Assembly (NCBI RefSeq): GCF_900232105.1
Contig: NZ_LT934425.1
Location: forward strand, 2,490,001-2,522,000
Length of the DNA stretch: 32,000 nt
Origin: Candidatus Kuenenia stuttgartensis
GTDB lineage: Bacteria > Planctomycetota > Brocadiia > Brocadiales > Brocadiaceae
Direction: 5' to 3'
The notes below the pieces were generated by a model that saw only the letters and a program-made list of their open reading frames with translations, was not told the origin of the DNA and did no database searches. The first letter of the stretch is position 1. Every line of letters begins with the position of its first letter. Of the stretch, positions 6,723 to 15,077 are shown one piece after another. The position numbers and the translations under genes were made by a program.

Positions 6723-8395
6723 AAGGTGATTTTTAGTTTATTATAAAGTATAGTAGTATCCTCGTAAATAGTAATCAGACAATTTGGAGGACACTACTTA
6801 TGAATAAGTTGATGGAATTATATCGAGACAGGATCGTGGGTGCAATAAGCGGTCTGGACAGGATTCGTTTTCGCGGGACATTGCGGTGGTTGGCCAGTGA
6901 GCGTGGGATGGGAACATTCATGAACCAAGCGAGAATTCTGCTTAAGGATTTTTCCGGTTGGGTCAATGGGCTTACGGCACAGGTGCGAGACAGTTGTGAA
7001 TCGCGGGCGAAAGATTTGGGTATCGAGGTGCGGTATTTGATGAGCAGCGGTGTTGATAAGGAGAAGTTGGCTCGCCAGATCGCGGCGGATAAGAGGATTA
7101 CGGAAGGTTCCATCTGCCTGTTGAGTGTGGTAGAGCCTTGTATTGCGCCGATGGTCAAGGGCAACAAGGCCAGCAAGAAGCTCGAGTTGGTAATGGCGCC
7201 CCGCAAGTGTGTCTTTGTGTATCATTATTTTAACGATCCAGTGTTTGGTTTTGGTCATGTTCGTATCCAGAGTTGGGCGCCGTTTAATATTTTCATTTGT
7301 CTCAATGGTCGTCATTGGCTGGAGCGGCAACTTCAGAAGCAAGGTATTGATTATGTTAAGGACGGCAACTGTTTTGTGCGTATAGAGGATATTGCGGCTG
7401 CGCAGGTTCTGCTCCATGAGCAGCTTAAGACTGACTGGGCGAAGCTGCTGAACGGGCTTGCGTTGGGCAGTTGCCCGGCATTGTCGCAGATTCTTCGTCC
7501 GTTGGAACCGGAGTATTACTGGTCTGCGGATGAGACGGAGTGGGCGACGGACATCATGTTTAAATCGGTTGAGGCATTGGAGGAGTTGTTTCCATCGTTT
7601 GTTCATCATGCGATGCGGGTTTGCGACAGTTCTTCGGTGATGAAGTATTTGGGTAGGCGTAACCTTGCAGGCGCTGCCCCTGATGAGGTTATCAGCGACT
7701 ATCGAAGACGCTATGAAGGTATACGGGTCAAGCACAGTGTGAATTATAATTCAGTGAAGATGTATAACAAGAGCGGTAGTCTCTTGCGTATTGAGACAAC
7801 GATCAATAATACGCGGGACTTTAAGGTCTTTCGGAGTCCCAATGATGATGAAGGCAAACCGGCGTCATGGCAGAAGATGCGTAAGGGCGTAAGCGATCTT
7901 CATCGACGGTGTGAGGTGAGCCAACAATGCAATGATCGTTATGGGGATGCTTTGGCGGCGGCTCAGGTAGAGGAGAAACTGAAAGAAGTGGTGAGCAGCG
8001 CTTGTAACAAGGTTGTCAAAGAGGGCAAGAGGTATCGAGGTTTGAATCCCTGGCAGCAGGATGATTACCAGATGCTGATGTTCCTGTCCAAAGGCGAAAA
8101 CGCGATAAATGGATTCCGCAACCATGATTTGCGTAAGTGGCTTTACCGGGAATCCGAACAATCCGGCAAGGATCAGCAAAAGAAATATTCCGGACGAACG
8201 ACCCGACGGATAAAGATGCTGCGGGCACACGGTCTAATCCGCAAAGTTCCGAGGGCCAACCGCTATGTTTTGACGGAGAAAGGCCAGAAGTTCTCTTGTT
8301 CACTGATGACCGCTTCAGCCCTTGATATTAAAGCACTTACGGAAATGGCGGCATGAAAAACACGCATAAAAAACAAGAAATTGATGGATAGTAGT
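6696..8395 (+). mobile_element. 1700-bp insertion of unclassified type interrupting the second mazE-like copy
   Basis: The uninterrupted copy reads caaagaattc|acgaatatctggaga (4236..4260). Here the same two halves lie at ..6695 and 8396... The insert is visibly G+C-richer than its flanks and has a single long ORF. No terminal IRs and no duplication at the outer junctions. A 9-bp direct repeat ATAGTAGTA occurs at 6750..6758 and 8388..8396. Confidence 0.65.
6800..8356 (+). CDS. 518-aa protein of unknown family, cargo of the insertion (putative mobility protein)
   Basis: Long ORF with a GGAGG RBS (6786..6790). Foreign-looking composition. C-terminal winged-helix-like segment (RRIKMLRAHGLIRKVPRANRYVLTEKGQ). 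I cannot recognise a DDE, HUH, serine or tyrosine recombinase motif by eye. Confidence 0.5.
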   Translation: MNKLMELYRDRIVGAISGLDRIRFRGTLRWLASERGMGTFMNQARILLKDFSGWVNGLTAQVRDSCESRAKDLGIEVRYLMSSGVDKEKLARQIAADKRITEGSICLLSVVEPCIAPMVKGNKASKKLELVMAPRKCVFVYHYFNDPVFGFGHVRIQSWAPFNIFICLNGRHWLERQLQKQGIDYVKDGNCFVRIEDIAAAQVLLHEQLKTDWAKLLNGLALGSCPALSQILRPLEPEYYWSADETEWATDIMFKSVEALEELFPSFVHHAMRVCDSSSVMKYLGRRNLAGAAPDEVISDYRRRYEGIRVKHSVNYNSVKMYNKSGSLLRIETTINNTRDFKVFRSPNDDEGKPASWQKMRKGVSDLHRRCEVSQQCNDRYGDALAAAQVEEKLKEVVSSACNKVVKEGKRYRGLNPWQQDDYQMLMFLSKGENAINGFRNHDLRKWLYRESEQSGKDQQKKYSGRTTRRIKMLRAHGLIRKVPRANRYVLTEKGQKFSCSLMTASALDIKALTEMAA

Positions 8396-8602
8396 ACGAA
8401 TATCTGGAGACCTCCCTGCTGACCAAGTCTTCAGAAACAGCATTCTCTGAATGGGAAGATATTGAGGAAGACCTCTATCATTAAAACGGAAAAAATCACA
8501 GTAATTCACCAGTCCTTGGTTCGGAAAGAACTCGGTTCCCTCTCCTTTGAATTAATGCAACAAGTTAGAAAAATACTTCGTAAAACGCTGGAAATTGAAT
8601 AA
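8396..8602 (+). pseudogene. Second-copy remnant: 3' part of the mazE-like gene fused to the last ~50 nt-equivalent region of mazF
   Basis: Matches 4246..4328 and then 4551..4674. The 222 bp between the two 12-bp direct repeats gaagacctctat (4317..4328 and 4539..4550 in copy 1; a single copy at 8467..8478 here) are missing. Confidence 0.75.
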
Positions 8603-8800
8603 AAGAGGCAGGGTAAGTATATCCCGCAATCCGCAATCGTCTTAATGGCCTATTGATTTTTTGCTATGCGATGTCAAGATTAGATCCTGCTGTCCCATGA
8701 AAATGGGCAATTGCAACATGCCACAGTGCAACGACTCAAAAAGGCGCGTTTTGGCAAAATGGCTCTTTTTCAGCAGAATCAAGATTAAAGATCTGACCCC

Positions 8801-9181
8801 ATGACAGCCATTGAGACAATGCAGAAAACCAAGAAAATGGCAATGTAATTAAATACTGAATTAGCAAATTTTTATTGTACAATGGCTTATCCTGTCTCGG
8901 AACTTTATGATATAGCCATAAAGGAGGGTTGGGATTTGCCAAAAGAATGGCATGGATATTCACAGCATTCTTATGAGACCATACCTTTACCGACAAAATA
9001 TATTAGCGCAAGGGGTGTTTTGAAATTTCGAGACGAGGCCTTTTGTAAATATTTCAAAAATGCAGCTTATATGATGGAAGGAAAATTTGGGAAAGAAGTT
9101 AAAGAACATATTCAGGAAATGACGAAGACGAGATTGAAAAGAAAAATTCTTGAAACAGGACGTTATCCTTTTTCTGAATAG
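8801..9181 (+). pseudogene. rSAM 3'-end copy C (in-frame stop)
   Basis: MTAIETMQKTKKMAM-TAA (stop at 8846..8848), then ..FYCTMAYPVSELYDIAIKEGWDLPKEWHGYSQHSYE..KTRLKRKILETGRYPFSE. Preceded by a copy (8603..8800) of the spacer 4675..4881. Confidence 0.75.
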
Positions 9182-9259
9182 GAATCGGCATGAAGTGCCT
9201 CTTTGCAGACGCTCGATTCAGTAGTATTTAAGGAATAAAATAATGAGCTGGAGGAGTAA

Positions 9260-9592
9260 ATGGATAAGGTAATATTCAATGACAACGAAGAGAAAGCTGT
9301 TTTGAAACTTAAAGAGGTTTTGACGGAAAGATTCAAGCTTCTGGACTTTCGGGTTTTTGGCTCAAAGGCACGTGGCGAAGCCTTGCCTGATTCCGATATC
9401 GATGTCATGATAAAAATTGATGAATATTCACCGGAAATTGAGTCGGCAATTGACGATCTTGTATATGAACTAAACCTCAGCTATGACTGTTTTATATCGG
9501 TTATCATCTTCAGCAAAAAAGAGATAGAAGAAGGTCCTATGAGTGAGTCACAGATATATAAGGCGATCGAAAGAGAGGGAATTAAGGTTTGA
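9260..9592 (+). CDS. MNT-type nucleotidyltransferase (antitoxin of a HEPN/MNT module)
   Basis: 110-aa ORF with the Pol-beta NTase signature FGSKARGEALPDSDIDVMI (GS..RG....SD.D). Overlaps the downstream HEPN ORF by 4 nt. Confidence 0.75.
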   Translation: MDKVIFNDNEEKAVLKLKEVLTERFKLLDFRVFGSKARGEALPDSDIDVMIKIDEYSPEIESAIDDLVYELNLSYDCFISVIIFSKKEIEEGPMSESQIYKAIEREGIKV

Positions 9593-10020
9593 TTCCTGAT
9601 GATAAGAAAGATGCCCTCGCAAGATACAGGATAAAACAGGCAGAAGAAAGCCTTGCGGAGGCGAAGTTTCTCTTGGTAGGCAAGCAGAGTCCCCGCTCTG
9701 TGATCAATAGGTCATATTATTCAATGTTTTACGCTGTATCGGCTTTACTTGTGTATGAACAATACTCATCTTCAAAGCACAGTGGTGTTTTGAGTTATTT
9801 CAATAGACGTTTTGTAACAGGCGGTATTTTCAGTGAAAATCTCGGACGGTCTATAAACAAGGCATTTGAATTAAGACAGCGAGGAGACTATCGTGAGTAT
9901 TTTGAATTGACTTATGAACAGGTTGAACCTTATATTTCTGAGGCGGAAGTCTTTATAAATGCGGTGAAAAACTATTTACAGAAAATAACAAAACCCGCTG
10001 CTGAACAGAATGAACATTGA
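9589..10020 (+). CDS. HEPN-domain protein (toxin of a HEPN/MNT module)
   Basis: 143-aa all-helical ORF: RYRIKQAEESLAEAKFLL....SPRSVINRSYYSMFYAVSALL..., ELRQRGDY. Typical HEPN (PF05168-like) architecture and a canonical position after the MNT gene. TTG start. Confidence 0.7.
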   Translation: MIPDDKKDALARYRIKQAEESLAEAKFLLVGKQSPRSVINRSYYSMFYAVSALLVYEQYSSSKHSGVLSYFNRRFVTGGIFSENLGRSINKAFELRQRGDYREYFELTYEQVEPYISEAEVFINAVKNYLQKITKPAAEQNEH

Positions 10021-10035
10021 AAGAGAGCGATTTTA

Positions 10036-10263
10036 GTGGGTGATCCACCTATTGAAATGCCAGTAGAATGGGATAAATATGTAGATGAACCATTAACAGA
10101 GAAGGAACTGGAAAGGTTGTGGCAGAGCGTAAACAGGCAATCGCCCTTTGGGGATATTATCTGGCAGCAAAAGGTATGCAAAGCATTATGGATTAGAATC
10201 GACCATAAGACCTGTGGAAAGGCCAAAGAAAAATGAGGAAGGCAAGAAAAAGTAGCCTGTCCC
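10036..10263 (+). pseudogene. C-terminal fragment of a RayT(COG1943)-like Y1 transposase gene, with its REP-like end
   Basis: ..WDKYVDEPLTEKELERLWQSVNRQSPFGDIIWQQKV..ALWIRIDHKTCGKAKEK parallels the family C-terminus (..E.EL..lR.s..rG.P.G...w....lGle.t.rprGRPkK). Followed by agcctgtccc (10254..10263), the same terminal 10-mer as the mini-elements. Confidence 0.45.
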
Positions 10264-10285
10264 CTTTCCCTGCCTTTCCCTTTCA

Positions 10286-10516
10286 AAAGAATGGCATGGA
10301 TATTCACAGCACTCTTATGAAACATTACCTTTACCAACAAAATATATTAGCGCAAGGGATGTTTTGAAATTTCGAGACGATGCCTTTCCTAAATATTTTG
10401 AAAATCCAGTTTATTTAAAAATGATAGACGAAAAGTTTGGGAAAAAAGTCAAAGAACATATTCAGGAAATGACAAAAACCAAATTAAAAAGGAAGTTAAT
10501 TGAAAACCAATTCTAA
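10286..10516 (+). pseudogene. rSAM 3'-end copy D (5'-truncated), abutting the pathway genes
   Basis: EWHGYSQHSYETLPLPTKYISARDVLKFRDDAFPKYFENPVYLKMIDEKFGKKVKEHIQEMTKTKLKRKLIENQF-stop. Its stop (10514..10516) overlaps the TTG start at 10500 of the next gene. Confidence 0.75.
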
Positions 10517-11021
10517 AAATAACCAAAAACATAGTTTGGTTTTAAAAAATATTCAGTTAATAGTATACGATTTTGATGGTGTTATGACAGACAATAAAGT
10601 TATCGTACGAGAAGATGGGCTTGAAAGTGTTGTTGTTAATCGGTCTGATGGTCTGGCAATAGAAATGATAAAGAGTAAGGGAATAAAACAAATTATATTG
10701 TCAAAAGAAAAAAATAGGGTTGTAGAAATGAGGGCAAAGAAGCTTGGTATTTCGGTCATTAAAGGCATAAACAACAAAAAAGAAACCCTTATTTCTTACT
10801 GCAAAGAAGAAAATATTCAACTCAATGGTGTGGTTTACATAGGAAATGATATAAATGACCTTGAGGCTATGAAGATGGTAGGTTATCCCATATGCCCTTT
10901 AGATGCATATGAAGAAGTGAGAGAAATATCAAAGATTATTCTTGATGTTCCAGGTGGAAATGGAGTGGTTAGAGATTTCTTAAAATATATAAAGATTGAT
11001 TGTAATCAAGGGGATACATAA
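10500..11021 (+). CDS. HAD-IIIA KdsC-like ulosonate-phosphate phosphatase
   Basis: 173-aa ORF with VYDFDGVMTDNKV (DxD nucleophile motif), RSDGLAIEMIKSKGI, GNDINDLEAMKMVG. This is the KdsC / N-acylneuraminate-9-phosphatase family pattern. TTG start. One-nt overlap with the next gene. Confidence 0.8.
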   Translation: MKTNSKNNQKHSLVLKNIQLIVYDFDGVMTDNKVIVREDGLESVVVNRSDGLAIEMIKSKGIKQIILSKEKNRVVEMRAKKLGISVIKGINNKKETLISYCKEENIQLNGVVYIGNDINDLEAMKMVGYPICPLDAYEEVREISKIILDVPGGNGVVRDFLKYIKIDCNQGDT

Positions 11022-11887
11022 TGAATACAAATCCGTATGTAAATGAAGAAAAGTTGCCATTTATAATTGCTGAAATAGGTATAAACCACAACGGCAGTGT
11101 GGAAATAGCCCAAAAGCTAATCGATGGGGCAGTCTTCGCGGGTTGCGATGCCGTAAAATTCCAAAAAAGAACAGTAGAAAAAGTATATTCAAAAGAAGAA
11201 CTCGATAAATATAGAGAAAGTCCTTGGGGAACTACAAATAGGGAACAAAAACTGGGTCTAGAATTTGGTAAAGATGAATATGATGAAATTGCTATGTATT
11301 GCAAGGAAAAGGGAATCTATTGGTTAGCATCAGCTTGGGATTTAGATAGTCAAAAGTTTTTAAGGCAGTACAATCTTAAATATAATAAGATTGCCTCTGC
11401 TCTGCTCACGTATAAAGAATTGTTGGAAATGGTTGCAGAAGAAAAAAAATATACGTTCATTTCTACAGGAATGAGCACCATGGAAGAAATAGAACGAGCT
11501 GTTAATATATTTAGAAAAAGAGATTGCCCTTTTGAGCTTATGCATTGTAATTCCACCTATCCTATGAAGGACGAAGATGCAAATCTCAGGATGATTCAAG
11601 TATTGCGTGAAAGGTTCAACTGTAAAGTTGGATATAGCGGTCATGAAGTAGGATTAATAGTATCCTGCGCTGCTGTAGTCTTCGGGGCAACTTCGATTGA
11701 GCGACATATAACACTTGATCACGCCATGTATGGTTCTGATCAGTCAGCCTCTGTTGAGGTAACGGGGTTCTGGAAATTAGTAAAATATATTAATGCGATT
11801 ACGTTGGCAATGGGAGACGGTATCAAAAAGGTAACCGAAGAAGAAAAAAAAGTTAAGGCTAAACTAAGAAAATATGAATGGGACTGA
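11021..11887 (+). CDS. NeuB-family (PEP-condensing) ulosonic acid synthase, TIM-barrel only
   Basis: 288-aa ORF with PFIIAEIGINHNGSVEIAQKLIDGA..AGCDAVKFQKR and HCNSTYP, the NeuB/LegI/PseI signature. Its length suggests the C-terminal SAF/antifreeze-like domain of classical NeuB is absent. Confidence 0.85.
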   Translation: MNTNPYVNEEKLPFIIAEIGINHNGSVEIAQKLIDGAVFAGCDAVKFQKRTVEKVYSKEELDKYRESPWGTTNREQKLGLEFGKDEYDEIAMYCKEKGIYWLASAWDLDSQKFLRQYNLKYNKIASALLTYKELLEMVAEEKKYTFISTGMSTMEEIERAVNIFRKRDCPFELMHCNSTYPMKDEDANLRMIQVLRERFNCKVGYSGHEVGLIVSCAAVVFGATSIERHITLDHAMYGSDQSASVEVTGFWKLVKYINAITLAMGDGIKKVTEEEKKVKAKLRKYEWD

Positions 11888-11899
11888 TTCACATTAAAT

Positions 11900-12919
11900 A
11901 TGGAGACAAAACGTGTAGCGATTGCTGGTTGCGGCAATGTTTCGGGTGACATCGACAATGATGCTAAGAAGAGGCATATTTATGGCCATGTAAAGGCAAT
12001 CGGAATGGTAAAAAAACTTAAGCTCACGGCCTGTTGCGATATAAACGAAGGCCGGTTAACAGCATTTGCCCAGAAGTGGAAAATTTCACGTTCTTATCTG
12101 GATTTGCAAGAGATGCTGCGCAAAGAACCAATCGATATTCTCGTTATAGCAACTCCAACAAAAACTCATTATGAAAATGTCCTCTTGGCTTTGTCGAGCG
12201 ATGTTAAGGTGATATTTTGTGAGAAACCAATTGCATTCGATCTCTCGCAAGGTGTTGAACTGGTGAAGAAAGCGGAAGAATCTGGGAAATTGCTGGTTGT
12301 TAATTACATGCGGAGATGGGATGAATTTTATGCCGAATGTAAGAACTTGGTAGAAAGCGGGAAACTGGGGAGGATCGAGACAATCGTTGCTTATGTAGAT
12401 ACTGCTTTTTATATGAATTCAAACCATATGCTGGATATGCTCATTTATTTTGGTGGCGATGTCCTTTCATGTGTGGGGCATATTGACAGGATTAATAATA
12501 CCAGAGTTGTTCATGATGAAAAAGATTTTGGAGGCATTGCTTTTATCAAACACAAAAATGGTATTATCAGCTTTGTAAAAGCTACCGGCGAGTCACAGAG
12601 AAACCATTTTTTCGAACTTGATATTCAATGTACAAAGGGGAGGCTTAGGATATTGGATGATGATATGAGATATGAGGTGTATAAGTTCAGGGAGAGTCCT
12701 CAGCATAAAGGGTTGGATGAACTGGCCATTGACTATACCAAAGTTAATGATATTAAAAGTGAGCGGGTAGTTAATGCCTATCTCGATATCCTGGATTGTA
12801 TCGAAAACAAAAAGGAACCTAAAATTACTGCTAAAGAAGCACTGAAATCATTGGAGTTGATTAATTTAATCTATAAATCAAATTCTATAGGTCATTTACC
12901 AGTAAATTCATCGCTATAA
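11900..12919 (+). CDS. Gfo/Idh/MocA-family NAD(P)-dependent oxidoreductase
   Basis: 339-aa ORF. N-terminal Rossmann segment VAIAGCGNVSG and the family EKP motif (IFCEKPIAFDLSQG). Confidence 0.75.
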   Translation: METKRVAIAGCGNVSGDIDNDAKKRHIYGHVKAIGMVKKLKLTACCDINEGRLTAFAQKWKISRSYLDLQEMLRKEPIDILVIATPTKTHYENVLLALSSDVKVIFCEKPIAFDLSQGVELVKKAEESGKLLVVNYMRRWDEFYAECKNLVESGKLGRIETIVAYVDTAFYMNSNHMLDMLIYFGGDVLSCVGHIDRINNTRVVHDEKDFGGIAFIKHKNGIISFVKATGESQRNHFFELDIQCTKGRLRILDDDMRYEVYKFRESPQHKGLDELAIDYTKVNDIKSERVVNAYLDILDCIENKKEPKITAKEALKSLELINLIYKSNSIGHLPVNSSL

Positions 12920-12927
12920 GAAAGATT

Positions 12928-14322
12928 ATGAAAAATAATAGATTAGCTATTCATGGAGGAAAGCCGCTCAGAACAAGAGAGTTCAGGTCAAAACCCTTTA
13001 TTACAAAGGAAATGATAGATGGTGTCAAATCCTTAATGCGTGAAGGTAGACTGACAAGGTTTATTGGCTCTCCTGTACCGGGCACCCATGAAATTATCGG
13101 GCTTAAAAGCTCTGAAGTAGAGGGTCTTACCAATAGCGTTTCTTTTCTTGGTGGGGCAAGCGTGAGAAAACTTGAGAGTAAATGGTCGGGATTGCATAAG
13201 GTAGATTATTCTATATCAGTAAACTCGGCGACATCAGGGCTGACAGCAGCAATTATGGCCCTTAATATAGGGCCTGGAGATGAAGTTATGTGTTCTCCAT
13301 TTTCATTTACAGCCTCAGCGACTTCGATTGTTCTTGCCAATGCAATTCCTGTGTTTGCTGATATTGATTTAGATACGTTCTGCCTGTCTCCTGAGGCTGT
13401 TGAAAAGAGTATCACACAATCTACTAAGGCAATTATGCCCATCCATTGGAATGGTAATGCCGGGAATCTGGGTGCAATAATATCGATAGCAAAGAGAAAA
13501 GGGCTCAAGGTAATCGAAGACGCAGCACAGACACCTGGCATATTATATAAGGGCAAATTTCTTGGTACTTACGGTGATGCCGGAGTTTTCTCGCTCAATG
13601 AACCAAAGAATGTAATGACAGGCGAAGGAGGAATAATTGTTACCAATAGCAAAGAAATAGCTATAAAATGCAGGCTCATTAGAAATCACGGTGAGGCTGT
13701 TGTTAATGAAAACTCACCGGATGATCTGGTAGCCAATGCAATCGGCTACAATTTCAGGTTGGTCGAATTATTAGCTGAAATAGGCGTTGCACAGTTAGAT
13801 CATCTTAATAATTTGAATAAGATAAGAGAAGAAAATTATACCTATCTGGTCAAAAAGCTCATATCAGAATTCGGTGAATATCTCAAGCCTCAAAAAATTA
13901 CTCATCCGAAGTCTTATTCACCTTATACTGCGGGTTTCCGCTGGATGAGTAAAAAATCAAAAATACACAGGAATATAGTGGCGGATGTCCTTCGCGCAGA
14001 AGGAATACCGGTTGCAAGTGGAGTAGCAAGGCTCATGTCTGATAACCCGTTGTTCCAGCGGCAGCTAGCATATGGAAAAGACCATTGTCCTTTTTCGTGC
14101 CATTTGTATAAGAGAAGAGGAAAATATTCCATCCCTGACATGCCGAATGCAAGAAGACTGCAGGATGAAGAATATTTAGGTTTTTTCCAGGTAGGATGGC
14201 CAAATACGATTAAAGATATGAATGATATTGTTAAGGGATTTAGAAAGATTATGGCAAATAAAGACTCTTTATCCCGAATGCCTGTTTTATCAAAGGCGAA
14301 TATATTTACATCTGGGAGATAG
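12928..14322 (+). CDS. DegT/DnrJ/EryC1/StrS-family PLP-dependent sugar aminotransferase (long form)
   Basis: 464-aa ORF with SVNSATSGLTAAIMAL.IGPGDEV, IEDAAQTPG, and a lysine-containing NEPKNVMTGEGGIIVTN block. Longer than the usual DegT-family size, with an extended N-terminus and C-terminus. Confidence 0.8.
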   Translation: MKNNRLAIHGGKPLRTREFRSKPFITKEMIDGVKSLMREGRLTRFIGSPVPGTHEIIGLKSSEVEGLTNSVSFLGGASVRKLESKWSGLHKVDYSISVNSATSGLTAAIMALNIGPGDEVMCSPFSFTASATSIVLANAIPVFADIDLDTFCLSPEAVEKSITQSTKAIMPIHWNGNAGNLGAIISIAKRKGLKVIEDAAQTPGILYKGKFLGTYGDAGVFSLNEPKNVMTGEGGIIVTNSKEIAIKCRLIRNHGEAVVNENSPDDLVANAIGYNFRLVELLAEIGVAQLDHLNNLNKIREENYTYLVKKLISEFGEYLKPQKITHPKSYSPYTAGFRWMSKKSKIHRNIVADVLRAEGIPVASGVARLMSDNPLFQRQLAYGKDHCPFSCHLYKRRGKYSIPDMPNARRLQDEEYLGFFQVGWPNTIKDMNDIVKGFRKIMANKDSLSRMPVLSKANIFTSGR

Positions 14323-14324
14323 AG

Positions 14325-15050
14325 ATGAAGAATGAGGTCTTGGTTGTAATCCCCGCCCGTGGAGGGTCGGTTCGTGTTCCGAAGAAAAACATAAAAATGC
14401 TTAACGGCAAACCATTAATTGCCTACGTTATCGAGGCTTCCAGAAATGCAAGGACTGTTAGCCGTATAATTGTTTCAACGGATGATGCTGAGATTAAAAA
14501 TGTCACAACTAATCTTGGGGCAGAGGTTCCTTTTAAAAGACCGGCAGATATCTCTGAAGATGTCCCTACAGAAGATGTGATTATACACGCTGTCAAGTGG
14601 CTTAATGAGAATGAGCGTTATTTTCCGGATATAGTTGTGACTCTGGAACCGCCATCACCTTTCAGAAAATCCGAACATATAGACAGATGCGTTAACAGTA
14701 TCATTGCTGATAAAACAATTGACTCAGCCGTTACAGTCTATTATGCCGGGGCAAACAGGCCTGAATGGATGGTATACGTGGATAAGGATAATTTAATCAG
14801 GCCATATACTGATTATTTTAAAAAACAGGGCGAGGCATTATTAAGATTTCCTGCCAGCCAGGAATTTGAAAAATTATATCAGGTTAGTGGTGTGGTTATC
14901 GCCTGCAGGACTGAGGTTCTCTTTAAATCCAAGAGTCTGGTTGGTAAAAAATGTGCCGCTGTTGAAATTGATCGAAATGAGACATTTGACCTGAACTACC
15001 AAGAAGATTTTGAGATATGCGAGATATTAATGAAAAAACGTTTTCAATAA
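14325..15050 (+). CDS. Acylneuraminate (CMP-ulosonic acid) cytidylyltransferase family enzyme
   Basis: 241-aa ORF with VVIPARGGSVRVPKKNIKMLNGKPLIAYVIE, the NeuA/KdsB-type CMP-transferase N-terminal signature. Confidence 0.85.
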   Translation: MKNEVLVVIPARGGSVRVPKKNIKMLNGKPLIAYVIEASRNARTVSRIIVSTDDAEIKNVTTNLGAEVPFKRPADISEDVPTEDVIIHAVKWLNENERYFPDIVVTLEPPSPFRKSEHIDRCVNSIIADKTIDSAVTVYYAGANRPEWMVYVDKDNLIRPYTDYFKKQGEALLRFPASQEFEKLYQVSGVVIACRTEVLFKSKSLVGKKCAAVEIDRNETFDLNYQEDFEICEILMKKRFQ

Positions 15051-15077
15051 GTATTATTCATAAAAAAGGAGAGGGAT

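Noticed and set aside
6818-7735. 305-aa ORF on the - strand, together with the 143-aa ORF at 6775..7206 and the shorter tracked - strand and alternate-frame ORFs through 8509, within or at the right edge of the 1.7-kb insertion
   Set aside because: It lies almost entirely antisense to, or out of frame within, the 518-aa ORF in the G+C-richer segment. Long shadow ORFs are expected there. The sequence is low-complexity and Arg/Pro/Thr-rich, with no RBS or motif. I treated them as non-coding.
3248-10499. Integron-like cassette array, given the many TA cassettes, all co-oriented at one site
   Set aside because: There is no intI-type integrase or attI in the window. I could not find attC-type R''/L''...L'/R' (RYYYAAC...GTTRRRY) sites at cassette borders. 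The borders instead coincide with rSAM-derived repeats and REP-like units.
2894-10516. Silent-cassette or shufflon-type programmed variation of the rSAM C-terminus
   Set aside because: All copies are in direct, not inverted, orientation, and no site-specific recombinase is nearby. One copy has an in-frame stop and another is truncated. An enzyme C-terminus is also an unlikely target for programmed variation. Simple decay of paralogues fits better.
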